From contig JAKQKX010000073.1 in NCBI GenBank assembly GCA_029560465.1, forward strand, positions 15,411 to 79,410: DNA of 64,000 bases. Direction: 5' to 3'. Source of the stretch: Candidatus Omnitrophota bacterium. Its GTDB lineage: Bacteria > Omnitrophota > Gorgyraeia > Zapsychrales > JANLHA01. The notes below the pieces were generated by a model. It saw only the letters and a program-made list of their open reading frames with translations, ran no database searches and was not told where the DNA came from. The position numbers and the translations under genes were made by a program. Positions 10,439-19,434 of the stretch are shown in pieces (position 1 is the first letter of the stretch; every line of letters begins with the position of its first letter).

Positions 10439-11600
10439 GGCAAATCTGCAGGGCGTCCGGATACGATAACGGCAGCTGCCCTTTATAATAATCCCGAATG
10501 GATTCCTTCTGGCTCAACAGAAAACAGTGCCGGCTCGGGCGCGCGAACGCGGCCCGCAACCGCCCATAGGAAACATCGAAACCTTCCGAAGGAATATGGC
10601 CAAAAGACAACGGCGTAAAATCGCACGGGCACAGATGCCCGAAGGCGTCAATGTACAAATGCTGGATCCCCGCGCCGCAGCCATACTGGCGTCCGTCTTC
10701 AATATAAGCGAACGCCGCGACTTTAGGCCCGGACGATTTCTGGTTGGCCGTAACGTGCCATTTCTTAAGAATCAGCCGCATACGGTCATCCAGCAGGACA
10801 TCGTCTCTCCCCGAAAAAAGCTCCCCGGAGGGCATGGGCTCAACAATGCGGATTTCCGGGACTCCCAGCCCCGCCACAAAAGAAACAAACCGCGCCATGA
10901 TATCCTTCGCCAGCAGCTCCCGGCGGGCCATCACCTGAACAGCGGTATAAACCCCGGCGGACAAACACGCCTCGATCGCCTGCAAAGCCGTTGAAAAAGC
11001 GTCCGGATGGCCGCGCATCTGATTGTGCGGCAGCGGCTCATAATGATCAAGGCTGACCGCCACGTAATCCAGCCCCGCCGCCACCAACGACGTTAACCGC
11101 TCCCGGGTCAAGCCCTCCCCGCTTGTAAACAAAATACTGGCCGCCCGGTCCTTGCGGATCACGCGCAGGATATCCTCCAGGTCTTCCCTGTATAAAGGTT
11201 CACCGCCGGTCAACCCGATCAAGCTCACGCCCGCCTCCTGCAGGCGCCCTAGGATCGTCTGCCATGTTAAAGTGTCAAGCTCTTGTCCCGCCCTTTTGGT
11301 TTTACTGCAATGCCAGCAATGATACCCGCAACGGTTAGTCACCGCGCAATAAGCAGAATACGGGTACGGCTTCTTTTGATAAACCGCGATCGTACTTTTA
11401 ACCATTTCCCTGTAAGCCCCGGACCCCAGGGGAGGGAAAAAAGAATTGATAATATACTCCCCGTTCAGGCAAGTTATCTTTTCATTCTTCAGGGTACGGT
11501 GAAGCGCCCACTGCACGCGAAGCGGCAGCTGGCGGAACTCCGGGGTCCGGCCGTGGAAAAACAAAATTTTATCTTTATTAAACCCGGTGAACTGTTTCAT
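10383..11600 (-). CDS. Radical SAM enzyme with a C-terminal SPASM/twitch-like Cys-rich domain
   Basis: It has a CxxxCxxC motif (NRCGYHCWHC) about 90 aa from the N-terminus, a GGEPL glycine-rich SAM-binding motif, and a C-terminal cysteine cluster (CGAG...CPCDF...HC...CHACPSG). Its start overlaps the methyltransferase stop (11600/11597). Confidence 0.8.
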   Translation of the reverse strand: MKQFTGFNKDKILFFHGRTPEFRQLPLRVQWALHRTLKNEKITCLNGEYIINSFFPPLGSGAYREMVKSTIAVYQKKPYPYSAYCAVTNRCGYHCWHCSKTKRAGQELDTLTWQTILGRLQEAGVSLIGLTGGEPLYREDLEDILRVIRKDRAASILFTSGEGLTRERLTSLVAAGLDYVAVSLDHYEPLPHNQMRGHPDAFSTALQAIEACLSAGVYTAVQVMARRELLAKDIMARFVSFVAGLGVPEIRIVEPMPSGELFSGRDDVLLDDRMRLILKKWHVTANQKSSGPKVAAFAYIEDGRQYGCGAGIQHLYIDAFGHLCPCDFTPLSFGHIPSEGFDVSYGRLRAAFARPSRHCFLLSQKESIRDYYKGQLPLSYPDALQICHACPSGPVPDFYRSLGWT

Positions 11601-12478
11601 TTTTGAGCCACTCCAGCAACGAACCGGTGCGCTGTTGTGATTTGACCGTCGCGCATATAATCTTTTTCGATAATCTCAATAAAAGCGCGGTCACACAAAT
11701 ATTTAACGCCCGGGTCCATCATCCGGTCAAAACCGGCGCTGGCCCCGGTGTGCAGGACCCAGTTTAACACGTCCACGCCGCTCTTAAAACGGAATTCTAT
11801 CCGGCCGTCCCAGATTTCCATCGTCTTCAGTCCCGCGTTATGAAACCAGCGCCGGAGACATTCTTTGTTCTCCGGCAGGCGGAACATCAAGCTCATGATC
11901 TGGCGGATATGCTGGGGATAGCGCATCATGACTTTCATACCGGTGTTCCGGATTTCCCAAAGCGTGCTTTGCTGATTTTCTATAATGCCGACCGCGCCCC
12001 CAGGAGCCAAGACCCGGCGGATTTCTTTCATGAGCGTTTGCGGGTGGGTATACCCGATCGCCCAGCCCGCGGTCACGATATTATAAGACGCCTCCCGGGC
12101 CTGACGGATGAACGTCATCATGTCTTCCGCAACGAAGGTGCCCGGCCAGGGGGATTTCTTTTTCGCCTGCTCCAGCATCTTTTCCGAAAGGTCCACGGCG
12201 GTCAAAGAGCTGCCCGGCCCCAGGCGCCCACCGACGGCCCGGGTTAAAGTCCCGGTTCCGCAAGCCAGGTCCAGGGCTTTTAACGGCCCAGGCGGCAAAG
12301 GGATCTTTTGCGCCAAATGCAGGGCATGCGGCGCCATATATCCGGAAAAAAACTCATCATACGTCGCGGCAAGCTGATTATAATCATCGGTAATATCGCA
12401 GTCCGGCACCTTTTTCCGTGCCCCCCACAGCCAGCCGATTTTCAAAAAAAAGTAAATCCGGTGAAAAAACGAGTTCAT
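11597..12478 (-). CDS. Class I SAM-dependent methyltransferase
   Basis: Motif I is LDLACGTGTLTRAVG and the post-I acidic residue sits in VDLSEKM. The ORF is 293 aa. Confidence 0.8.
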   Translation of the reverse strand: MNSFFHRIYFFLKIGWLWGARKKVPDCDITDDYNQLAATYDEFFSGYMAPHALHLAQKIPLPPGPLKALDLACGTGTLTRAVGGRLGPGSSLTAVDLSEKMLEQAKKKSPWPGTFVAEDMMTFIRQAREASYNIVTAGWAIGYTHPQTLMKEIRRVLAPGGAVGIIENQQSTLWEIRNTGMKVMMRYPQHIRQIMSLMFRLPENKECLRRWFHNAGLKTMEIWDGRIEFRFKSGVDVLNWVLHTGASAGFDRMMDPGVKYLCDRAFIEIIEKDYMRDGQITTAHRFVAGVAQK

Positions 12479-12493
12479 GCTTGTCCTTCCCTG

Positions 12494-12886
12494 TCAGCCT
12501 GAAGAGTCCGCCACCGGGCTCACGACGTAAACGTAACGTAAAAGGCCCGGGCCTGAATTCCTGATGTTATGGGGGGTGTCCGGAGGGACGTAAACCAAAC
12601 TCACCGCGTCCGCGGAAAAAATATTCTTACCGTAACAAAACACGTCGGCCCGGCCCTCCAGGATCAAGACCGCTTCTTCCCGGCCGCTGGTGACATGCTC
12701 ACCAACGGCGTCCCCGGGAGACAGCGTCACGTAACCGGACTTCATGCCGGCCGTCGACGGTTGCCCGGCCAGGAGCCGGGTAAATTTTTCAGTCCCGCCG
12801 CAGCGGACACACAAAGGCCTAAGGGTTTCCATCGCAGCTCCTGTTAAAAAGGGCGGCGACAAACCCGGCGCCAAACCCGTTATCAA
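12494..12886 (-). CDS. Small cupin-fold protein
   Basis: The cupin beta-barrel motifs are G(D)AVGEHVTSGREEAVLILEG and VYVPPDTPHNIRN. The likely start is M19 at 12832, which overlaps the larB stop by 14 nt. Confidence 0.6.
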   Translation of the reverse strand: MITGLAPGLSPPFLTGAAMETLRPLCVRCGGTEKFTRLLAGQPSTAGMKSGYVTLSPGDAVGEHVTSGREEAVLILEGRADVFCYGKNIFSADAVSLVYVPPDTPHNIRNSGPGLLRYVYVVSPVADSSG

Positions 12887-13577
12887 TATTGACCACGGTC
12901 ACGTTGGACGCGCAACTGTTGAGCATGGTTAAAAGCGGGGCGATCCCGTTAAAATTCGAGCCATATCCAACAGATGTCGGCACGCCGACCACCGGGCACG
13001 ACACCAAGCCGCCGATCACCGAAGCCAAGGCCCCGTCCATGCCCGCCACCACAATAATACAACGGCTGGATGAGATCTGATCAAAACATCCCAGCAGCCG
13101 GTGGATCCCGGCCACACCCACGTCATAAACCCGCACCACGCGGCTGCCCATCATTTCCGCCGTGACCACCGCTTCCTCCGCCACGGGGATATCCGCCGTC
13201 CCGGCGCAAACAACGCTCACCTGCCCTTTGAGGGGGACGTCTTGATCGTTAACAACGATCGTTCTGGCCTGCCGATGATATTCCGCCTTGGGGTTAATCG
13301 CCTTAATCCGGGAATAAACGGCTTCCTCGGCCCGAGTTAACAACAGGCGTTTGTTGTGGGAGGACAAGGCTTTGAAAATTTCTTCTATCTGTTCCAATGT
13401 CTTCCCCGGGCAAAGGATCACCTCCGGGAAGCCGGCCCTGAGCGCCCGGTGATGATCAACCTTGGCAAACCCAAGGTCTTCATAGGGCAGTACACGCAAC
13501 CGCTCCACGGCCGCGTCAACGGATAACTCTCCGGCCTGGACCTGTCCCAGCATTTTCTTTATCAAAGATGTTTCCAT
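12819..13577 (-). CDS. larB: LarB: pyridinium-3,5-biscarboxylic acid mononucleotide synthase (PurE-like nickel-pincer cofactor biosynthesis)
   Basis: YEDLGFAKVDHHRALRAGFPEVILCPGKT, AGTADIPVAEEAVVTAEMMG, VVAGMDGAL...VGVPTSVGYG and NSC..VTVVNIDNGFGA match characterised LarB (Lactobacillus plantarum) throughout. Confidence 0.8.
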   Translation of the reverse strand: METSLIKKMLGQVQAGELSVDAAVERLRVLPYEDLGFAKVDHHRALRAGFPEVILCPGKTLEQIEEIFKALSSHNKRLLLTRAEEAVYSRIKAINPKAEYHRQARTIVVNDQDVPLKGQVSVVCAGTADIPVAEEAVVTAEMMGSRVVRVYDVGVAGIHRLLGCFDQISSSRCIIVVAGMDGALASVIGGLVSCPVVGVPTSVGYGSNFNGIAPLLTMLNSCASNVTVVNIDNGFGAGFVAALFNRSCDGNP

Positions 13578-14368
13578 CGACGCACCTCGTTCATAGACCC
13601 GCTGCGGTATCCCTCCAGATCAATGCAGACATACGTTACCGGTCGTTTTTTTAAACGCTTAATAATCCCAACGCGATTTTTTATAAGAATCGGAAGCCGC
13701 CGGGGATCCGCTTCCACCCGGGCCACCGAACCATGCACCCGGACACGCACCGATTCGAGCCCGAGCCCGCGTAAAAAAGACTCGGCTTGAGCGGCGTATT
13801 TCAATGTTCCGGGCTCAATCGCCTCGCCAAAAGGAACCCGGGTCGCCAAACACGGGGAAGACGGACGGGCCCATCCGCGCAAATTCATGGATTTCGATAA
13901 TCGGCGGACCTCTGCCTTCGTCAAACCAGCTTCCTCCAACGGGCTGCGCACCCTTAATTCTTTAAGCGCCTTTCTGCCGGGACGGTCCTCGTTTAAATCA
14001 TCTCGATGAGACCCCTCGATCAGGTAACGGTACCCTTTTTGATCCCGCAGCCGGCACAAACAAGAAAAAATATGCTTCTTACAAAGATAACAACGGTTTT
14101 GGGGATTCTGTAAAATCTCCCGGGAAAAGGTCAGGTGTTTAAAACTGTGCTTAAGATTTAATTGCCGCGCCACATCCTTCGCCCACAGTTGCTCCTCCCT
14201 GGAAATAAAAGGCGTGACCACCGTCACGGCCAACACGCTTTTCCCCAGCACCTCCTGCGCCACCGCCGCTAAAAAAGCACTGTCCACCCCTCCGGAAAAA
14301 GCCACGACCGCTGATTCCATCCCGGCAAGGACGCGACGAAGAATTTTTAGTTTGTTTCCGGTGTTCAT
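13562..14368 (-). CDS. larE: LarE: PP-loop ATP pyrophosphatase, the sacrificial sulfur transferase of nickel-pincer cofactor biosynthesis
   Basis: It carries the PP-loop VAFSGGVDSAFL and the conserved sulfur-donating cysteine context SPCLATRVPFGE. It is 268 aa, and its stop overlaps the larB start. Confidence 0.8.
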   Translation of the reverse strand: MNTGNKLKILRRVLAGMESAVVAFSGGVDSAFLAAVAQEVLGKSVLAVTVVTPFISREEQLWAKDVARQLNLKHSFKHLTFSREILQNPQNRCYLCKKHIFSCLCRLRDQKGYRYLIEGSHRDDLNEDRPGRKALKELRVRSPLEEAGLTKAEVRRLSKSMNLRGWARPSSPCLATRVPFGEAIEPGTLKYAAQAESFLRGLGLESVRVRVHGSVARVEADPRRLPILIKNRVGIIKRLKKRPVTYVCIDLEGYRSGSMNEVRRWKHL

Positions 14369-14455
14369 ATTCGGCTTCCGTGCTTGTTGATTTTACCATT
14401 GAATCCGTACGGCGCACAATTCAATATTTTCTTGCGGCGCGCGAGACCCGGTTCC

Positions 14456-14491
14456 GGCAAAAAAGCCCTTATACGACATAAGGGCTTTTTG
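14456..14491 (-). terminator. Rho-independent terminator closing the pho operon (it can act bidirectionally)
   Basis: The hairpin AAGCCCTTATACGACATAAGGGCTT is flanked by an A-run and a T-run. On the minus strand the stem is followed by TTTTTT. Confidence 0.6.
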
Positions 14492-14526
14492 ACTTCGCAG
14501 GCCAACCGTTACGGGTCATCCCAAAA

Positions 14527-15201
14527 TTATTTATCCTGAAGCCGTTCGGGGTGGTGCTTGACAACTTTCGCTTGAATCATATAAATAACATCCTCGGCGA
14601 TGTTGGTGACATGGTCGCAAATCCGCTCCAGGAACCGGGCAATAAGCAATAACTGCACTGCGCGGGGCGCCGTTGAACCGTCTTTAACCATGTAATCCTC
14701 AATCAGCTCTTTTTGAATAAGATTCCTCAACTGGTCCGCCTCCGTGTCAGAAAGCAAAACTTTCCGGGCCAACGCGATGTCGCCTTTCACAAAGGAATCA
14801 ATGGCGGCCTTAATCATATTCTGCGCGATAAAAGTGAGCTTCGGGATATCAACAAGAGGTTTTAACAACGGCTTGTCGACTATCTCTAAAGTCCGCTGGG
14901 CGATATCAACGGCGATATCGGCGATGCGCTCAAGCTCGTTGTTGATCTTCATCCCCGTTGTAATAAAACGAAGGTCTTTAGCCATCGGCTGGTAGCGGGC
15001 GATCAAATCAATGCATTTTTCGTCAATAGCCAATTCGAGCTGGTCGACATTCGTGTCGTTATTAATGACTGTTTGGGCCAGCTCCTTGTCGCGGGTTTTT
15101 AACGCTTCAACGGATTTATAAATAGCTTCTTCCGCAAAGGCCCCCATCCGTAAAATATCGTTATTTAATTCCTTTAATTCATGATCAAAATGTCGCTCCA
15201 T
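14527..15201 (-). CDS. phoU: Phosphate signalling complex protein PhoU
   Basis: The PhoU helical repeats read DKELAQTVINNDTNVDQLELAIDE and ELERIADIAVDIAQ. The ORF is 224 aa. Confidence 0.9.
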   Translation of the reverse strand: MERHFDHELKELNNDILRMGAFAEEAIYKSVEALKTRDKELAQTVINNDTNVDQLELAIDEKCIDLIARYQPMAKDLRFITTGMKINNELERIADIAVDIAQRTLEIVDKPLLKPLVDIPKLTFIAQNMIKAAIDSFVKGDIALARKVLLSDTEADQLRNLIQKELIEDYMVKDGSTAPRAVQLLLIARFLERICDHVTNIAEDVIYMIQAKVVKHHPERLQDK

Positions 15202-15216
15202 TCACTCCTCCTGTTT

Positions 15217-15972
15217 TTAACCATACCGCCCGGTTATATATTCTTCCGTGCGCCGGTCTTTCGGCGCGGTAAAAATCTCGGTGGTTTTGCCGAATTCTAT
15301 TAATTCCCCCAACAGCATAAAGCCGGTGTCATCTGAAACCCGTGCCGCCTGCTGCATGTTATGCGTCACGATAATAATCGAATAATCGCTCTTGAGTTCC
15401 CGCATCAGTTCTTCAATGCGGGCGGTGGCCTGCGGGTCCAGGGTGGAGCAGGGCTCGTCCATAAGCAACACCTCCGGCTTGACCGCAATCAGCCTGGCGA
15501 CACACAACCGCTGCTTTTGCTCAAGAGACAACGACAACGCCGATGAATTCAGCTTGTCTTTGAGTTCGTCCCACAACAAAACACTTTTTAAGCTTTGCTC
15601 CACGACGGCATCGAGGGCGCTCCTCGACATGGCCCCGCTGTGGATCCTTTCCCCGAAAACAATGTTTTCATAAACCGAAAGTGGAAAAGGATTGGGACGC
15701 TGAAAAACCATGCCGACCTTTTTGCGCAACGCCACCAGGTCCATGCGGCCGGTCAGGATGTTCGCCCCGTCAATGACCACCTCCCCCGTCATGCGCACCC
15801 CATCGACAAAGTCATTCATCCGATTAAAAACCCTCAAAAGCGTCGATTTGCCGCATCCCGAGGGGCCGATGATGGCGGTGATGCGGTGTTTCTCGAAGGA
15901 CGCGTTTACGTCTTTAAGCGCGTGAAACGGCCCGTACCATAAATTCAAATTTTTCGTTACGATTTCCGACAT
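15217..15972 (-). CDS. pstB: Phosphate ABC transporter ATP-binding protein
   Basis: The PstB N-terminus LNLWYGPFHALKDV, Walker A GPSGCGKST, the ABC signature LSLEQKQRL and Walker B LLMDEP are all present. Confidence 0.9.
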   Translation of the reverse strand: MSEIVTKNLNLWYGPFHALKDVNASFEKHRITAIIGPSGCGKSTLLRVFNRMNDFVDGVRMTGEVVIDGANILTGRMDLVALRKKVGMVFQRPNPFPLSVYENIVFGERIHSGAMSRSALDAVVEQSLKSVLLWDELKDKLNSSALSLSLEQKQRLCVARLIAVKPEVLLMDEPCSTLDPQATARIEELMRELKSDYSIIIVTHNMQQAARVSDDTGFMLLGELIEFGKTTEIFTAPKDRRTEEYITGRYG

Positions 15973-16718
15973 TAACCGAATTTCCCCCGGATATAATCAT
16001 CTGTGCGCTGGTCGCCAGGGGCCGTAAACATTTTCTCCGTCGCGTCCAGCTCGATCAATTCCCCGCCTAAAAAGAAAGCGGTCCGGTCGCCCACCCGGGC
16101 GGCCTGCTTAACGTTATTGGTCACAAGGACGATCGTGTAACGGCTTTTAAGCTTGAGCATCGCGTCCTCAACTTTGGCGGTTGAGATGGGGTCAAGGCCG
16201 GAACAGGGTTCATCAAATAAAATCACTTCCGGCTCGACCGCCAGGGTCCGGGCGATACACAACCGCTGCTGCTGCCCCCCCGACAACTTAAACGCCGATT
16301 CCCCAAGGCGGTCTTTGACTTCCTCCCAAAGGTAAGCCTCCTGAAGGGCCTTCTGCACTCTTTCATCAAGGCTCTTTTTCTTCTTTTCCCCGTGCATCCG
16401 CACCCCGTAAGCCACATTATCAAAAACCGAAAACGGCAACGGCAACGGCAAGGCAAACACCATCCCAACCCTTTTCCTTAACAATTCAACGTCGACCCGA
16501 AAAAGGCCGTCCTCTCCGATCCTTATCGCCCCTTCCATCCGGTATTTGACATGAAGCTCGTTGAGCCTATTCAACATCCGCAAAAATGTCGTTTTCCCGC
16601 TGTTCGAAGGCCCGATGATGCTTAAAATCTCGTTGGCGTGAATAGCCAAACTGACCTTCTTTAAAGCCCGAATGTGCCCGAACTGGACACTCAAATCTTT
16701 GATATCAAATGTCACCAT
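15972..16718 (-). CDS. pstB: Second tandem phosphate ABC transporter ATP-binding protein (PstB paralog)
   Basis: It has Walker A GPSNSGKTT, the signature LSGGQQQRL and Walker B ILFDEP. A tandem pstBA/pstBB arrangement is known in Bacillus. Confidence 0.85.
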   Translation of the reverse strand: MVTFDIKDLSVQFGHIRALKKVSLAIHANEILSIIGPSNSGKTTFLRMLNRLNELHVKYRMEGAIRIGEDGLFRVDVELLRKRVGMVFALPLPLPFSVFDNVAYGVRMHGEKKKKSLDERVQKALQEAYLWEEVKDRLGESAFKLSGGQQQRLCIARTLAVEPEVILFDEPCSGLDPISTAKVEDAMLKLKSRYTIVLVTNNVKQAARVGDRTAFFLGGELIELDATEKMFTAPGDQRTDDYIRGKFG

Positions 16719-17563
16719 TTCTTTTTCTTCCGGAATTTAGAACGGATCACGATCGCGATAAGATTCATGAACAAAACCAGCGCCAATAAAACAAAAGCCG
16801 TCCCGTAACGGATCTTTTCATCAACATTAGGAACCTGCGTCGAAATCACATACAGATGATAGGGTAAAGCCATGACCTGGTCAAAAACCGAACCCGGGAG
16901 CTGCGGCAGATAAAACGCCGCCACGGTAAAAAGAATCGGCGCCGTTTCTCCCGCGGCCCTCCCCAGGCCCAGGATCGTGCCGGTCAAGATCCCGGGGATC
17001 GCGTTTGGCAAAACGATATGCCGGATCGTCTGCCACTTGCTGACCCCCAAAGACAAACTGACCTCCCGGAAAGAGGCCGGGACGCTTTCAAGCGCTTCGC
17101 GCGAAGTCGTGATGATGATCGGCAAGATCATGATCCCCAGCGTCAAGGATCCGGACAGGATCGAGGCCCCGAATTTAAAAAACACGACGAAAAGCGCTAA
17201 CCCAAACAACCCGTAAACGACCGAAGGGACGCCGGCCAAGTTCACGATCGCCAGCTTAATGATCCGCGTCAGCAGGTTGTCCTTGGCGTATTCAGTCAAA
17301 TAAACCGCGGCCAAAAGGCCGATCGGCAACGCAAAAAGAATGGCGCCGCTGACCAGGTAAAACGTCCCGATAATGGCCGGGAAAATGCCCCCGGCGCGCA
17401 TACCCTGCCGCGGGATATCAGATAAAAAGGTCCAGTTGACGGCCGGGAGCCCTTTTTGAACGATGATAACCACCACGAGCCCGACAGGCACCACGATCAA
17501 CAACGTGGCCAACAGCAAGAAGAAAAACGCAACCGCCTGTGTGCGATAAGGGTTTCTCATCAT
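16712..17563 (-). CDS. pstA: Phosphate ABC transporter permease PstA
   Basis: It is a six-helix ABC permease with an EAA-like loop (REASLSLGASKWQTI) at its position within the pst operon. Confidence 0.85.
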   Translation of the reverse strand: MMRNPYRTQAVAFFFLLLATLLIVVPVGLVVVIIVQKGLPAVNWTFLSDIPRQGMRAGGIFPAIIGTFYLVSGAILFALPIGLLAAVYLTEYAKDNLLTRIIKLAIVNLAGVPSVVYGLFGLALFVVFFKFGASILSGSLTLGIMILPIIITTSREALESVPASFREVSLSLGVSKWQTIRHIVLPNAIPGILTGTILGLGRAAGETAPILFTVAAFYLPQLPGSVFDQVMALPYHLYVISTQVPNVDEKIRYGTAFVLLALVLFMNLIAIVIRSKFRKKKKW

Positions 17564-18423
17564 GGCCTCCTGTGAAGGAATAAGTCGGCTGTTACGTTAA
17601 TCATAAAACTGATCACGAACAACACAATTCCGATGGCAAAAAGCGCAAAGTAGTGCTCGCTGCCCACCACGGCTTCCCCCATCTCCGCCGCGACCGTCGC
17701 GGTCAAAGTCCGGACAGGGACTAAAATGCTTTTGGGAAGGATCGCGGCATTGCCGGTGATCATCATAACCGCCATGGTTTCGCCGATCACGCGGCCGATC
17801 CCCAGCATCACGGCGGCCACAATCCCGCTCGAAGCCGCCGGAAGCATGACGCGCCAAATGGTCTGCCAGTGAGTCGCCCCCAAAGCAAAGGCGCCCTCTT
17901 TATAATTCTTAGGAACCGAATACAGCGCGTCTTCCGCAATGGAAACGATCGTCGGCATCGCCATAAACGCCAGCATGACCGACCCGGACAACGCCGTCAA
18001 GCCTGTAGGCAAATGAAAAATATTCTTAACCAGAGGGACGAGCGTGACCATGCCGACAAAACCGAGAACCACGCTCGGAATCGCCGCCAACAATTCAATC
18101 CCCGCCTTGAGGATTTCCTTGACCCGCAACGGGGCAATTTCCGCGATATAAACGGCGCACCCCACGCCAATGGGAACCGAGATGACCGCAGCCCCAATAG
18201 TAACCAGAATCGATCCGAGGATCAGGGGAAGGATTCCCAGATGAGGAGGTTCGGAAATAGGATACCATTTGTGCCCGAACATGAAATGCGAAAAACTCAC
18301 AGACCTAAAAACAGCCAACCCCTCCTTAACCAAGAAAAGAAAAATCAAAACGACAAAGAATATCGAGGCCACACCGCACGCCAAGATAAGCTTCTCTATA
18401 ATAAATTCTTTAAATTTACGCAT
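17560..18423 (-). CDS. pstC: Phosphate ABC transporter permease PstC
   Basis: It is a permease with the loop EGAFALGATHWQTIWRVMLP and sits immediately downstream of pstS. Confidence 0.85.
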   Translation of the reverse strand: MRKFKEFIIEKLILACGVASIFFVVLIFLFLVKEGLAVFRSVSFSHFMFGHKWYPISEPPHLGILPLILGSILVTIGAAVISVPIGVGCAVYIAEIAPLRVKEILKAGIELLAAIPSVVLGFVGMVTLVPLVKNIFHLPTGLTALSGSVMLAFMAMPTIVSIAEDALYSVPKNYKEGAFALGATHWQTIWRVMLPAASSGIVAAVMLGIGRVIGETMAVMMITGNAAILPKSILVPVRTLTATVAAEMGEAVVGSEHYFALFAIGIVLFVISFMINVTADLFLHRRP

Positions 18424-18426
18424 AAG

Positions 18427-19281
18427 TTATTTCATGAGCGGGACAAAATCCATTGTCCGGACGATCTCCTGCCCTTCCGGGGAAAGCGCGAACTCAACAA
18501 ATTCCCCGACTAAGCTGGCGGGGACGCCGTTGGTGTACAAAAAAAGCGGACGGGATATCGGATATGTCCCATTCATAACGTTTTCAATCAAAGGAAGGAC
18601 ATACTCACCGCCATGCTCCTGGGCGACCGCAACCGGCTTTTGATTGGCGGAAATATAGCCCATGCCATAATACCCGATGGCGGCGGAATTCCCGGCGACC
18701 TCATCCGCGATAGCCTGGGACGATGAAAGCATCAAAGCGCCCGGGGCAAACTCCTCTTGAGAACCGGGATCATTCTTCCTTAACACATGCTCCTTAAAAT
18801 ACACATGCGTTCCAGAATTCACCTCCCGGGAGAGGATCACAATCTTCTCGTCTCTGCCGCCCAATTCTTTCCAGTTGACGATCCTTCCGGTAAAAACGGC
18901 GGCCAGCTCGTCAACGGTCAATCGGTCAACCGGGTTTTCAGGGTTAACCACAACGGCAAGTCCGTCCAAAGCCGCCTTGATCTCATTGGGATTGATTCCT
19001 CTTTTTTCGGCTAAGGCGACCTCGGTTACCTTGATATTGCGTGAACTCATGGCGATATCACACGTCCCGCTGATCAGGCTGGACAACCCCGTCCCCGACC
19101 CTCCTCCGGTAACGGCAACAAAGGAGCCGGGATTGTGTTCCATATATTTCTCCGCCCAAGCCTGGACGAGGTTCACCATCGTATCGGATCCCTTAACCTG
19201 AATCGAATTATTTCCTGACGCGGCGCAGGATACGGACAGAAACGCCAGCAGAACAACAGCCCAAAATCGTCTTTTAAACAT
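18427..19281 (-). CDS. pstS: Phosphate-binding periplasmic protein PstS
   Basis: It has a signal peptide. The PBP-like fold shows GSDTMVNL, SGGGSGTG and ISANQKPV. Confidence 0.85.
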   Translation of the reverse strand: MFKRRFWAVVLLAFLSVSCAASGNNSIQVKGSDTMVNLVQAWAEKYMEHNPGSFVAVTGGGSGTGLSSLISGTCDIAMSSRNIKVTEVALAEKRGINPNEIKAALDGLAVVVNPENPVDRLTVDELAAVFTGRIVNWKELGGRDEKIVILSREVNSGTHVYFKEHVLRKNDPGSQEEFAPGALMLSSSQAIADEVAGNSAAIGYYGMGYISANQKPVAVAQEHGGEYVLPLIENVMNGTYPISRPLFLYTNGVPASLVGEFVEFALSPEGQEIVRTMDFVPLMK

Positions 19282-19382
19282 ATCTCCTCCTTGAGGTTAA
19301 CACTTCGGGCGCGCCTTCAGTCTCAACGCGTTTGGCGAGGCCGCATCTTCCCGGACATCTTCCCCTATATAGAATAAAAGCA

Positions 19383-19399
19383 GGTTAAAGGAATGTTAA
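19383..19399 (-). promoter_or_regulatory. Putative Pho box: direct TTAACA/TTAACC repeats with 11-bp periodicity upstream of pstS
   Basis: The minus strand reads TTAACATTCCTTTAACC about 100 nt upstream of the pstS start. This resembles PhoB/PhoP-type direct-repeat binding sites. Confidence 0.3.
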
Positions 19400-19434
19400 G
19401 TTTTTGTAAAATTTTATGTGCGCGCCGGCAAAAG

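Noticed and set aside
16434-16455. Short tandem repeat (GGCAAC)x3
   Set aside because: It lies inside the pstB paralog coding sequence and encodes a Gly/Asn-rich stretch (GKRQRQR on the other strand). It is too short to be a CRISPR or minisatellite feature.
15217-16718. Two tandem pstB genes as a possible duplication artefact
   Set aside because: The two copies are clearly diverged paralogs with different sequences throughout. The tandem pstBA/pstBB arrangement is known, for example in Bacillus subtilis.
17869-18513. 214-aa Arg/His-rich plus-strand ORF, and many similar 60–170-aa ORFs antisense to pst, rny, RND, trkH and other genes
   Set aside because: These are overlapping antisense frames in GC-rich coding DNA. 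They have low-complexity composition and no motifs, and the opposite-strand genes are confidently assigned.
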